Of a stretch of 64,000 nt of DNA, positions 37,822-46,562 are shown piece by piece. This stretch comes from Candidatus Omnitrophota bacterium (lineage in GTDB: Bacteria > Omnitrophota > Gorgyraeia > VGKH01). The translations under genes were made by a program, and so were the position numbers. Each line of letters starts with the position of its first letter. The first letter of the stretch is position 1. The notes below the pieces were generated by a model. The model saw nothing but the letters and a program-made list of their open reading frames with translations. It did not search any database and had not been told where the DNA came from. The stretch spans positions 352,480-416,479 of the forward strand of contig JAKLEP010000002.1 in the NCBI GenBank assembly GCA_022703055.1. Direction: 5' to 3'.

Positions 37822-38297
37822 AAGTTTCTTTGTGAAATATTAATGTGGGCCATCGCTATTGCTAAGGCATCGGCGGTATCTTCTTGAATCGGCTGTTTTA
37901 AATTCAGCGCGTGTTCGACCATTCTCTGCATCTGATTTTTCGAAGCGTGACCCTTACCGACGATAGCTTTTTTTATGCGTGTGCTGCCGTATTCAAAAAA
38001 TGGAATATCTTCAATCGCTGACAACAGGCATATCACGCCGCGCACATGGCCCAACAAACACGCTGTCACCGGGTGGCGATAATGGGCGTATAATTTTTCC
38101 AAAACTAGCGCATCGGGCTTTAATGCCTTTATCAGATCTAACAATGATTTATAAATTTTATCTAGGCGCTTTTCAATCTTATCTTTGCTAGTTGTCTTGA
38201 TAAATCCGGCCTCAAGTATCTTGATACCTGTGCCTCTATTTTCCACAACTGCATAGCCGGTAATATTCAAACCGGGATCTATACCTAGAATCTTCAT
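37818..38297 (-). CDS. ruvC: Holliday junction resolvase RuvC
   Basis: Has ILGIDPGLNITGYAVV and the C-terminal acidic catalytic residues (EDTADALAIA). Confidence 0.93.
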   Translation of the reverse strand: MKILGIDPGLNITGYAVVENRGTGIKILEAGFIKTTSKDKIEKRLDKIYKSLLDLIKALKPDALVLEKLYAHYRHPVTACLLGHVRGVICLLSAIEDIPFFEYGSTRIKKAIVGKGHASKNQMQRMVEHALNLKQPIQEDTADALAIAMAHINISQRNL

Positions 38298-39055
38298 TTA
38301 TTTTCTGAAGATGCAATCTCTTCTAAAATTTCTTCCGGTATATCAAAATTGGCGTAAACCGACTGGACATCTTCATGCTCTTCGAGCGCCTCAATCAATG
38401 CCAAAACCGCTTTTGCGTCTGCGCCTGTTACCTTAACGGTAGAAGTCGGTATCATAGTAACTTCGGCGGATATCGTTTCGATCTTATTCTTGTTTAAAGC
38501 CTCTTTGACTTTTTCAAACTCCTGAGGCGATGTAGATATCTCATAGTTTTGGCCTTCAGTTTTCATATCTTCGGCTCCGGCATCCAAGACCAATTCCATC
38601 AATTTATCTTCGCCGATTTTAGTTTTATCGACCAGGATGAAGCCTTTTTTCTGGAATTGCCAAGCGGTGCTGCCTGCCCCGGCAAGGTTTCCGCCTTTCT
38701 TGTTAAGCAGGTTTCTTAGTTCCGCGGATGTCCTATTTTTATTGTCGGTGAGCGCATCAACAATAAAAGCAACTCCACCGGGAGCATACCCTTCGTAAGT
38801 GATGGATTCGTAGGTAACTCCGGGGAGCTCGCCCGTGCCCCTTTTTATCGCGTTTTTTACGTTGTCTGAAGGCATATTGTACTCTTTTGCCTTGGTCATT
38901 GCAGCACGCAAAGCTACGTTTGTATCTGGATTACCGCCGCCTTGCCTGGCTGCTGCGGTCAGCTCCTTGATTAATTTAGTGAACTGCGCGCCTCTTTTTG
39001 CGTCGGTCGCCGCCTTTTTATGCTTGATACTTGCCCATTTTGAATGTCCTGACAT
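38294..39055 (-). CDS. yebC: YebC/PmpR-family DNA-binding regulator
   Basis: Has the MSGHSKWASIKHKKAATDAKRG N-terminus. yebC-ruvC-ruvA synteny is present. Confidence 0.93.
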   Translation of the reverse strand: MSGHSKWASIKHKKAATDAKRGAQFTKLIKELTAAARQGGGNPDTNVALRAAMTKAKEYNMPSDNVKNAIKRGTGELPGVTYESITYEGYAPGGVAFIVDALTDNKNRTSAELRNLLNKKGGNLAGAGSTAWQFQKKGFILVDKTKIGEDKLMELVLDAGAEDMKTEGQNYEISTSPQEFEKVKEALNKNKIETISAEVTMIPTSTVKVTGADAKAVLALIEALEEHEDVQSVYANFDIPEEILEEIASSENK

Positions 39056-39186
39056 TATTTCCTCCTATTTTCTATTTGAATAAATAAAAACAACCGAAAC
39101 AAATTTATCTGATTTGTATCAAAAAGGGAAACTTATTTAAGAATTTAGAATTCATTTCTAAAACCATAATATTATTTTTAATATTT

Positions 39187-39573
39187 GAAAGCAGGCGATA
39201 AGCCGAGTTCTGTTTTATGGTACATAGGTATCGAATTTTTTAAAAAGGCGATACCGCGTATCCATGTTGATGACCATTTCTCTCGATCCCGAAGTTGCCA
39301 TCGGGACTCTAGCAGCCTACCCTCTCGACGCTACTTTTTACAAAGTATTCGGCCGGATCAGCCTTTAACCTTGGACGCCGAGACTATTCGACCTTGCTTC
39401 ACGTAGAGATTGCCGCGTTTCACTTCCTCCTAGCTTACGCCAGGATTATTCGTCACTGTGGCTCTGAATCCTATCCCGAAGGACGGCGGCACTTAGCCGC
39501 TACGCTATCCTCTGAAGCCCGGACTTTCCTCCCGCCATTATTCAATGGCGAGCGGTCACCTTCGCCTGCTCTC
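39187..39573 (-). ncRNA. rnpB: RNase P RNA, bacterial type A
   Basis: The minus strand contains GGAGGAAAGUCCGGGCUUC near the 5' end, GCAAGGUCGAAUAG, GGUAGGCUGCUAGAG, and the 3' ACAGAACUCGGCUUAUCGCCUGCUUUC. A 12-bp P1 helix forms between GAGAGCAGGCGA (5') and UCGCCUGCUUUC (3'). The plus-strand ORFs here are spurious. Confidence 0.9.
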
Positions 39574-39967
39574 TAATTGCCTTTGTCGCCAGTTTGTCAG
39601 CCCCCTTGTTTTGTTCTCGGGGGATATGCACAATCTTAAATCCATCAAAACCTGAAATCATATGCTGCGCCTGTTCAAAAAGAGCTTTTAAATTACCGCT
39701 TTTAACCTTGAAGCTTTTATTTATCTGATTACAAAGCAGCTGGCTATCTGTCTTAACGATAACTTCTGAAGCCCGAATTATCAATGCTTCCTGGAGAGCA
39801 AAAATCAACGCCATGTATTCAGCCACGTTGTTTGTCGTCTCTCCGATATATTTAGAAATATTATTTATGACTTCGCCATCCTCGGAGATTACTACACCTA
39901 TTCCGGATTTTCCGGGGTTTCCTTCCGAGGCTCCGTCAATATGTATCTCTAAGCTTCGTTTCTTCAA
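39542..39967 (-). CDS. rnhA: Ribonuclease HI family protein
   Basis: Carries the DEDD catalytic pattern: IDGASEGNPG, NNVAEYMALIFAL, KTDSQLL and REQNKGADKLA. Confidence 0.85.
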   Translation of the reverse strand: MKKRSLEIHIDGASEGNPGKSGIGVVISEDGEVINNISKYIGETTNNVAEYMALIFALQEALIIRASEVIVKTDSQLLCNQINKSFKVKSGNLKALFEQAQHMISGFDGFKIVHIPREQNKGADKLATKAIREQAKVTARH

Positions 39968-40689
39968 AGCTCCTCTTCAAGAAATAAGATCCTGGCGCAG
40001 GCTTCACAAACAACCAAGCTTTTTTTCATCTTGATTTCATTTATTACCTGCGGCGGTAAATTCAAGAAACAGCCCTGGCAGGCACCGTTTTTAATCGGAA
40101 CCAGAGCCAGACCTGCGCGGTTTTTCAATATCCGCTCGTATTGCGCAAGCACCTTTTTTTCGATATTGGGGGTAATCTGATTTCGATTTGACTCTAAGAC
40201 TGCCATCCTGTCGTTGACTTCCCTAATGCGGTCATCGACTTCCTTTTTCTGTTGATTGAACTTCTTCTCTTCTTCCGCTAAAACTGTTTTTTCTTTCTCT
40301 ATCTCTTTATTGACGGCGTCAGTATCGTCGAAAAACTTCAATATACTTTCTTCCAAAACCGACTTATCTGCTCCCAGGCCATTAATTTCTTTTAATTTTG
40401 CCTGATATTCTTCGTTCTTCTTGATTTGATAAAGCTGGACCTGCGATTTTTTGATAGCATCTTCTTTGGCTGCCAATTCTACTTCTTTTTCTTTTCTCTT
40501 AACTTGTATCTGCTTGGATTTATCTTCGAGCGCTTTTAAGCTAGCTTTTTTCTCTTCAAATTTCTTCTGTAATTCTTCTATCTGCCTGGGTTTTTCCTCC
40601 AGCTCAGCTTTCAGACCATAGATTTCTTTATCTACCGTCTGAAGTGCAAACAACTGCCTCATCTGTTCTTGTAGATTACTCTCTGCCAC
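39964..40689 (-). CDS. Coiled-coil protein with C-terminal C4 zinc ribbon (COG1579-like)
   Basis: A long E/K-rich coiled coil is followed by CQGC...CEAC. Pairing with an RNase HI gene is a known conserved neighbourhood. Confidence 0.7.
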   Translation of the reverse strand: MAESNLQEQMRQLFALQTVDKEIYGLKAELEEKPRQIEELQKKFEEKKASLKALEDKSKQIQVKRKEKEVELAAKEDAIKKSQVQLYQIKKNEEYQAKLKEINGLGADKSVLEESILKFFDDTDAVNKEIEKEKTVLAEEEKKFNQQKKEVDDRIREVNDRMAVLESNRNQITPNIEKKVLAQYERILKNRAGLALVPIKNGACQGCFLNLPPQVINEIKMKKSLVVCEACARILFLEEEL

Positions 40690-40731
40690 TTTCTAAATCC
40701 TTCTTTTATCGCCGTTATATCCATATTTTCC

Positions 40732-40808
40732 TGGTGGGCGGTGCCCGACTTGAACGGGCGACCTTTGCGATGTGAGCGCAACGCTCTAACCAGCTGAGCT
40801 AACCGCCC
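40732..40808 (-). tRNA. tRNA-Val (anticodon CAC), CCA encoded
   Basis: A full cloverleaf was drawn by hand: acceptor GGGCGGT/ACCGCCC, D stem GCTC/GAGC, anticodon stem TTGCG/CGCAA with loop CTCACAT, T stem GCCCG/CGGGC, and a 3' ACCA. Confidence 0.9.
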
Positions 40809-40819
40809 GACGCTCTATA

Positions 40820-40844
40820 TGGGCCCAAGAGGGCTTGCAAGCTC
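40820..40844 (-). repeat. Partial duplicate of the 3' end (T arm and acceptor) of the upstream tRNA(CAU)
   Basis: TGGGCCCAAGAGG (40820-40832) is identical to 41006-41018. Similarity extends to about 25 nt with one indel and a few mismatches. No complete cloverleaf can be drawn around it. Confidence 0.6.
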
Positions 40845-41005
40845 CATAGGAGCGCAGTTCCGAGACCCAACCTATTAAAATCTTGGGTCGAGGAAAACCT
40901 CTAAAGCCCTAAATTCTTTTACAAAAATCTATGTCATCTTCAGCCCTCGCAACCGAATTATCAGCAGCTGTTGCTCGGGACTTCGTCTAGCTTCGCTAGA
41001 CTACG

Positions 41006-41079
41006 TGGGCCCAAGAGGACTTGAACCTCTGACCCGCTGATTATGAGTCAGCTGCTCTAACCAACTGAGCTATGGGCCC
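41006..41079 (-). tRNA. tRNA with CAU anticodon (elongator Met or lysidine-modified Ile2), CCA not encoded
   Basis: Cloverleaf: acceptor GGGCCCA/TGGGCCC, D stem GCTC/GAGC, anticodon stem GCTGA/TCAGC with loop CTCATAA, T stem AGAGG/CCTCT. It lacks the initiator features, since the anticodon stem has no GGG/CCC. Confidence 0.85.
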
Positions 41080-41114
41080 CAAAATAGCCATTTTCCCTGT
41101 TTACGTAAAGATTT

Positions 41115-41143
41115 ATTATACCTGTCTTTTAGCAAACTGTAAA
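41115..41143 (-). promoter_or_regulatory. Sigma70-like promoter of the tRNA pair
   Basis: The minus strand reads TTTACA-17 nt-TATAAT, with the -10 hexamer ending about 35 nt upstream of the tRNA(CAU) 5' end. Confidence 0.45.
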
Positions 41144-41182
41144 GAGAGATTTTTAAAGCAAAAATGGGGAGAAATTTATACT

Positions 41183-41401
41183 TTATTCTTTGATTTCTAC
41201 GGACTTACGGCTTGAATGCAACCCTTTTATTATGGAAATTTTGTCTTTTTTTACCCCGAAATGCTCGCAAAGCAGCTCCAAGACGGCTTTGTTTGCCTTG
41301 CCTTCCACGGCTGGCGAAGAGACATAAACCTTTAGATAATCATTTTCTTTTTTTATGAGATTTTTCTTGGCAGAGGCAACGACTTTGATATTGATTATCA
41401 T
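41183..41401 (-). CDS. DUF167/YggU-family small protein
   Basis: 72 aa. The pattern VKVxxxAKKNxI...LKVxVxxPAVEGKANKAVxELL is typical of YggU-like proteins. Confidence 0.7.
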   Translation of the reverse strand: MIINIKVVASAKKNLIKKENDYLKVYVSSPAVEGKANKAVLELLCEHFGVKKDKISIIKGLHSSRKSVEIKE

Positions 41402-41413
41402 TTAAGTGGACTT

Positions 41414-42931
41414 TTAGGTAATAAAAAGATTCTTGCTAGAGAAATTAGGATCGCTGGTTAAGTTAACCCCCAGCTTCCTTAAACCCGCCTCATCTCCCGG
41501 AGTAGGTATGTGGGTTATATGCACTTCACAATTGGAAAGCTCCTTTAATTTCTCCATCGCCAGTTGCGATGTAGGATTATTCCCCGCGCTTATGCTTAAG
41601 GCAATAAGGGCCTCCTCTAAATCCAAATTAAGATTTTTGCTATCTGAAATACTTCTCTTAAGGCTTCTTATAGACTCTATAGTATTAGGCGCAAGAAGAT
41701 GTATTTTATCGGGGATACCTGCCAATTTTTTAATCGCATTCAATACAAGACTTGATGAAGCATGCATAAGCGCCGAGTTTTTACCTGTAATTATAGTGCC
41801 GTCTTCTAACTCTATGGCAGCACCGCAAAATATACCTTCATGTCCTTTGCCTTTTTTTTCTGCTTCGACTGCAGCCTGGCGGGCGGGAACAACAACATTC
41901 CTGTCTTCAGGTTTTACTCCCACCTCTTTCATTAAAGCTTCTACTCTTTCCACTGTCTCTTTATCGGCAAAACCTATAGCATATTCACAGCTATACCTGA
42001 AATATCTCCTGATTATTTCCTGTTTGGCTGCATCCTGGACAACCTTATCATCGATGATCCCGAACCCAGCCCTGTTTACGCCCATATCCGTCGGAGATTG
42101 GTATATAGATTCAGCTCCGGTTATCTTCTCCAGAATCCTTTTTAACACCGGAAAAACCTCTACATCACGATTGTAATTAATTGCTGTTTCCTTGTGGGCT
42201 TCAAAATGAAAGGGATCAACAAGATTATAGTCTCTGATATCTGAAGTGGCCGCCTCATAGGCGACGTTTACCGGATGCTTAAGCGGGATATTCCAAATCG
42301 GAAAAGTCTCAAACTTCGCATATCCGGATTTTATGCCTTTTTTATAATCGTGATACAACTGGGAAAGGCAGGTCGCTAGCTTTCCGCTTCCCGGTCCGGG
42401 AGCAGTCACTACGACCAGCGGTTTTTTCGTCTCGATATAAGTGTTTGCGCCGTACCCTTCATCACTTACTATTGTATCGATATCAGTAGGATACCCTTTG
42501 GTAAACCGATGAGTGTAGACCTTAATGTTCCTGCGCTCTAATTTATTCTTGAATATCTTTGCCGCCGGCTGATTGTCAAAACGCGTAATCACAACCGCCC
42601 TTATATCGATATCCCAAACCTTTAAATCATCGATAAGTTTCAAGGCATCAACATCATAGGTAATACCGAAATCGGCCCTTACTTTTCTTCTCTCGATATC
42701 GCCGGCATAAATACAAAGGATTATATCGGCGTTATCCTTTAGTTTATGCAGTAGCCTCATTTTCACATTAGGATCAAAGCCGGGTAAAACCCTGGCGGCG
42801 TGATAATCATAAATAATTTTCCCGCCGAATTCCAGATACAGCTTGTTATTGAAACGTTTAACCCTCTCTAAGATCGCCGCGCTTTGCTCCTCAAGGTATT
42901 TCTCGTTATCAAAACCTATCTTTCCTATCAT
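41414..42931 (-). CDS. DUF1846 (UPF0371) family protein
   Basis: Contains [19 protein letters not shown] and [26 protein letters not shown], which are characteristic of the UPF0371 family. I moved the start to MIGKIGFD (42931). Confidence 0.8.
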   Translation of the reverse strand: MIGKIGFDNEKYLEEQSAAILERVKRFNNKLYLEFGGKIIYDYHAARVLPGFDPNVKMRLLHKLKDNADIILCIYAGDIERRKVRADFGITYDVDALKLIDDLKVWDIDIRAVVITRFDNQPAAKIFKNKLERRNIKVYTHRFTKGYPTDIDTIVSDEGYGANTYIETKKPLVVVTAPGPGSGKLATCLSQLYHDYKKGIKSGYAKFETFPIWNIPLKHPVNVAYEAATSDIRDYNLVDPFHFEAHKETAINYNRDVEVFPVLKRILEKITGAESIYQSPTDMGVNRAGFGIIDDKVVQDAAKQEIIRRYFRYSCEYAIGFADKETVERVEALMKEVGVKPEDRNVVVPARQAAVEAEKKGKGHEGIFCGAAIELEDGTIITGKNSALMHASSSLVLNAIKKLAGIPDKIHLLAPNTIESIRSLKRSISDSKNLNLDLEEALIALSISAGNNPTSQLAMEKLKELSNCEVHITHIPTPGDEAGLRKLGVNLTSDPNFSSKNLFIT

Positions 42932-43058
42932 CTTTCTCTCCAATCCCCACAAAAGTGAAAAAGGCGCCAGCAATTTAGCCGACGCCTTTGTCTTTTCTTG
43001 CGCACACCCTTAATCACATCATTAATACTTTAATTGTTTTAATCTTGTGGTTTTATGT

Positions 43059-43073
43059 TGTGATATTATCACA
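43059..43073. promoter_or_regulatory. Perfect 15-bp palindrome (candidate operator) overlapping a promoter-like element upstream of the DUF1846 gene
   Basis: The palindrome is TGTGATA-T-TATCACA. On the minus strand, TTGACA-16 nt-TAATAT places the -10 hexamer inside it. Confidence 0.3.
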
Positions 43074-43099
43074 AATAAAACTATTGTCAAGCGGGAAAG

Positions 43100-44005
43100 C
43101 TATTTAATCTCTAACATCTTGTCGATGGCCTTCCTGGCCCGCTTTCGAATATCGTCTGGGACCCTTACTTCTTCCCTTAATTCCTCAAGCGACCAAAGGA
43201 CTTTCTCGAGGCTGATGCGTTTCATGTTTGGGCAAACTGCAAGCTCAGAAGCCGGGTAAAATTTCTTGCCCGGGTTATCCTTGTGAAGCCTATGAATAAT
43301 ACCAACGTCTGTTCCTATGATAAATTCCTTGGCATCCGATTCTTTCACATATTTACACATCCTGCTAGTTGACAAGGCTACATCGGCAAGATCAACAACT
43401 TCGGGTATGCACTCAGGATGCACTATTACTTTGGCATGAGGATGCAATCTTACCTGCTTAACAATATTTTCTGGCAAAATCTTAACATGAGTCGGACAAT
43501 AGCCATCCCAAGATATAAGCCTTTTGCCGGTTCTTCTGGAAACAAAATCGGCCAGATATTTATCCGGAACAAATATTATCTCTTCTGCGTCTTTAAGGTA
43601 ATTTACCACTTCGACTGCGTTAGTAGAAGTGCAGCAAATATCCAATTCCGCTTTTACATCCGCAGAAGTGTTGACATATCCTACGACAACCGCTTTTGGG
43701 TGGCGCTTTTTTAATTCTCTTAAGTCTTCGGCGGTAATCATATTTGCCATGGGGCAACCTGCCATCAAATCAGGCATAAGAATCATTTTATTAGGACAGA
43801 GTATTGAAGCGGTCTCAGCCATAAAATGCACTCCGCAAAAAATCACTACCTTGGCTTCGGTGGAGGCGGCGATTCTACTGAGCTCCAGAGAATCTCCGCC
43901 GTAATCAGCTATATCCTGGATTTCTGGCGGTTGATAATTGTGCGATAAAATTATCGCCTTCCTCTGCTGTTTAAGCTTATTTATCTTCTCGATGAGCTGT
44001 TTCAT
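43100..44005 (-). CDS. nadA: Quinolinate synthase A
   Basis: 301 aa with ILSHNYQ, GVHFMAETA and HPEC blocks, plus three Fe-S cysteines spaced as in NadA. Confidence 0.93.
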   Translation of the reverse strand: MKQLIEKINKLKQQRKAIILSHNYQPPEIQDIADYGGDSLELSRIAASTEAKVVIFCGVHFMAETASILCPNKMILMPDLMAGCPMANMITAEDLRELKKRHPKAVVVGYVNTSADVKAELDICCTSTNAVEVVNYLKDAEEIIFVPDKYLADFVSRRTGKRLISWDGYCPTHVKILPENIVKQVRLHPHAKVIVHPECIPEVVDLADVALSTSRMCKYVKESDAKEFIIGTDVGIIHRLHKDNPGKKFYPASELAVCPNMKRISLEKVLWSLEELREEVRVPDDIRKRARKAIDKMLEIK

Positions 44006-44009
44006 ATTT

Positions 44010-44942
44010 TTATTTTTTGATCTCCTTTATATAATCTCTGGCTGCGATGGCCGCGATGGTGGCGTCGGCGCAGGCAGAATCTATCTGACGCACTTTCTTG
44101 GAACGGATATCGCCAACAGCAAATATCCCCGGAACAGAAGTCTGCATATCTTCATTGGTAACTATATATTTGTACTTATCCAAATCCGCAATCCCTTCCA
44201 AGAATTTTGAATTGGGGATGAATCCCGCATAGATAAAAACTCCGGAAAGCGAAATCTTTTTTTCTTCGCCGGTTTTACGATCTTTAACGGTAACTGAATC
44301 GACTATATTCTTCCCGTTTATGGCAGTCAACGCATGATTAAGCAAAAATTTTGTTTTAGGATTTTTCTGCAATCTATCCTGCAGAATCTTCTCGGCTGTC
44401 ATATAAGGCAGGAATTCTATAAAAGTGATAGTTTTTACATGCCCAAGAAGCGGACCGGCCTCTTGTAAACCGGAATTCCCACAGCCAATTATCGCGACGT
44501 CTTTATTCTTATACAACGGCCCGTCACAAATCGCGCAATAAGATACGCCTTTACCCATAAATTCGGATTCTCCCGGGACATTCAATTTCTTTGGCACACT
44601 TCCCGAGGCAACAATGAGCGCATGAGCTTCGTATTCTGTTTTATCGGTGATAACTCTTATTAAGTTACCTTGCGATTCTATTTTCCTTACTTCTTCAAAT
44701 TCATTAATCTTGACGCCGAATCTTTCCGACTGTTGCTTAAACTTTGCCATTAAATCCGCGCCGTTTACGCCATCGGGAAACCCTGGATAATTTTCTATTG
44801 ATTCGGTGCTTGCAGGAAGCCCTCCGCAGGTGTCTTTCTCTATCAAAAGCGTATCGAGCATTTCTCTTGCAGTATAAATCCCGGCAGTCATACCAGCGGG
44901 GCCGCCACCTATGATAACAACATCATGTGAATTTGTTGCCAT
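44010..44942 (-). CDS. trxB: Thioredoxin-disulfide reductase-like flavoprotein
   Basis: Has the FAD motif VVIIGGGPAGMTAG, a redox-active CAIC, a second dinucleotide motif IIGCGNSG, and a C-terminal FAVGD. Confidence 0.85.
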   Translation of the reverse strand: MATNSHDVVIIGGGPAGMTAGIYTAREMLDTLLIEKDTCGGLPASTESIENYPGFPDGVNGADLMAKFKQQSERFGVKINEFEEVRKIESQGNLIRVITDKTEYEAHALIVASGSVPKKLNVPGESEFMGKGVSYCAICDGPLYKNKDVAIIGCGNSGLQEAGPLLGHVKTITFIEFLPYMTAEKILQDRLQKNPKTKFLLNHALTAINGKNIVDSVTVKDRKTGEEKKISLSGVFIYAGFIPNSKFLEGIADLDKYKYIVTNEDMQTSVPGIFAVGDIRSKKVRQIDSACADATIAAIAARDYIKEIKK

Positions 44943-45047
44943 ATTATAATTACCTCCTAGAATAATCTTTTATAGGTAGTATTATACTCACTTTTATAAT
45001 TTTGACCAGCTTTTCTTAAATTGATATAAAAAATAAACTAAAAATAA

Positions 45048-45074
45048 AAACCCCCTTTTAATCAAAGGGGGTTT
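45048..45074 (-). terminator. Rho-independent terminator
   Basis: The hairpin is AAACCCCCTTT-gatta-AAAGGGGGTTT on the minus strand, followed by a T-rich run. It lies 24 nt downstream of the stop at 45098. Confidence 0.7.
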
Positions 45075-45097
45075 ATTATTTGCTTATTAAATTATTA

Positions 45098-45667
45098 TTA
45101 TATAGGGCTTGCTATACCTTCCATCTCAGGATTCTCTGGTGCTGGGGGTATTCCTGCTCCGCCTCCTGCAACCTCTCCTGGACCCGCTCCTGTCGTCCCG
45201 AACACATTGGGAGCGCTGTAGGCCTGCGCGATAGCTGAGGAAAGCTCAGGGATATTTAAAATAGATAATACATCGTCTGCATTCATTATCTCGCATTTAT
45301 AGTCTGGGTTGGCTGCCATATAACCCTTGTCTGTAAGATAATCGAACTTTGCTTGGATGGATACCTGATTAGGGCCTACCAATGCATCATAAAGAACATT
45401 GGCTAAATCGCAGCTGAAAACCTTCCAATTCGAGCCAGCTTTTGAAAATAACGTAATGCCTCTTTCTGCCAATAGCTTTGATTGGATTGCATAAATCTCA
45501 GAGTCGGAAAGATTATCTGTGTTATTAGGCATCGTAATACCTAATTTATTCACAAGGATACTCGCCAACTCGCCCTTAGTCATATCTGCAGCCTGACACA
45601 GGGAAGAGCCCACAAAAACCAAAATACTAGCTAATAATACCGCTATGCCGATCTTTGAAATTTTCAT
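45098..45667 (-). CDS. Secreted hypothetical protein with Gly/Pro-rich C-terminus
   Basis: Has a signal peptide (MKISKIGIAVLLASILVFVGSSLCQA). I moved the start to 45667 because AGGAG lies 10 nt upstream and the promoter TSS would fall inside the longer ORF. It shows weak SLH-like similarity (GELASILVNKLGI). Confidence 0.5.
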   Translation of the reverse strand: MKISKIGIAVLLASILVFVGSSLCQAADMTKGELASILVNKLGITMPNNTDNLSDSEIYAIQSKLLAERGITLFSKAGSNWKVFSCDLANVLYDALVGPNQVSIQAKFDYLTDKGYMAANPDYKCEIMNADDVLSILNIPELSSAIAQAYSAPNVFGTTGAGPGEVAGGGAGIPPAPENPEMEGIASPI

Positions 45668-45707
45668 TACTCCACTGCTCCTTTCTTTCTTTTGCAAATT
45701 GCGCTAA

Positions 45708-45736
45708 AGTATAACACGTATTATAAAAAATGTCAA
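45708..45736 (-). promoter_or_regulatory. Sigma70-like promoter (proximal) for the 45098-45667 gene
   Basis: The minus strand reads TTGACA-17 nt-TATACT. Confidence 0.45.
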
Positions 45737-45912
45737 GAAAGCGCTTTCTCTTTATCACAGCGCTAACTCATTGATAATATTAAAGTTACAAATAAAACCT
45801 GATATTTTATTTAAAAAATAAAGAATTTCTCTGAAGAAATAAAATAATAATTGACTTTACGAAAGTTTAAAAAGTAAAAACAGGAAAGGATTGTTTCTAT
45901 TTTTGTGCCTTT

Positions 45913-45941
45913 ATCATACGATAAGAAGCAAATGCTGTCAA
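45913..45941 (-). promoter_or_regulatory. Second sigma70-like promoter (distal) in the same intergenic region
   Basis: The minus strand reads TTGACA-17 nt-TATGAT. It starts 24 nt after the stop of the upstream gene. Confidence 0.35.
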
Positions 45942-45965
45942 CACTTTTTAAAATATTTTAATATC

Positions 45966-46544
45966 TCACTCTTCCAAGTGAAGCTCTATAAATTGACTGA
46001 GTAGTTCGCCGACCTTGTCCGGCGGCAAGATCAGAAAGTAATGATCGGCTATTGCATGGCCCATTTCATGGGCAATAACCCCTTCAGAAATCGCGGCCTC
46101 AGAGGTATAAATAGTTGTATATTTATGTACATAGAAAGAAATTCTTTCTTTACCATCTAAAGAACTAAATATTTTGGCATATTCCTTATCCAACTGAGAC
46201 TGATTTTTAAAAATCTTAACTATAGGATGTATTCTACGGGGGTACATATCCAGGATTTTTTCGGCTTTGCGGAATAGGCGGTCGAATTTCTCGGCTACCT
46301 GCTTATCAACACTTTTGTTTTTTGGAGAGTAGCGGCCCCAATCATCATCATAAAATTTAACCGCAATTCTGTTGTTAAGCTTCTCCATATTGATTTCCGG
46401 GTGGCAGAAAATAGTGAAATATTTCGACTCAATTATTTTCCAGCCTTCGGTATCTAGAGCCGAAGCGTAATCGGCAAAAGGAATCCTAGGAAATTGAAAA
46501 AGCGCTATTACAAAAATAAATGTTAAGACTAGCTTACGTATCAT
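45966..46544 (-). CDS. Secreted hypothetical protein with HExxH zinc-metallopeptidase-like motif
   Basis: Has an N-terminal signal/anchor and VIAHEMGHAIADH near the C-terminus. No further family assignment is possible. Confidence 0.5.
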   Translation of the reverse strand: MIRKLVLTFIFVIALFQFPRIPFADYASALDTEGWKIIESKYFTIFCHPEINMEKLNNRIAVKFYDDDWGRYSPKNKSVDKQVAEKFDRLFRKAEKILDMYPRRIHPIVKIFKNQSQLDKEYAKIFSSLDGKERISFYVHKYTTIYTSEAAISEGVIAHEMGHAIADHYFLILPPDKVGELLSQFIELHLEE

Positions 46545-46562
46545 TATATCTTATATAATTGC

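Noticed and set aside
37198-38297. ruvC-ruvA without an adjacent ruvB as a sign of pathway loss
   Set aside because: ruvB is often encoded elsewhere, and its absence from one window is uninformative.
39185-39576. Plus-strand ORFs 39185-39406 and 39394-39576
   Set aside because: The region is the reverse complement of a bacterial type A RNase P RNA, with GGAGGAAAGUCCGGGC and ACAGAACUCGGCUUAUC motifs and a P1 helix.
40809-41005. Interpreting the duplicated tRNA 3' end as the boundary of a resident integrative element
   Set aside because: Only 187 bp separate the repeats and no integrase or cargo is present. At most this is a scar or a decayed tRNA, so no mobile element is called.
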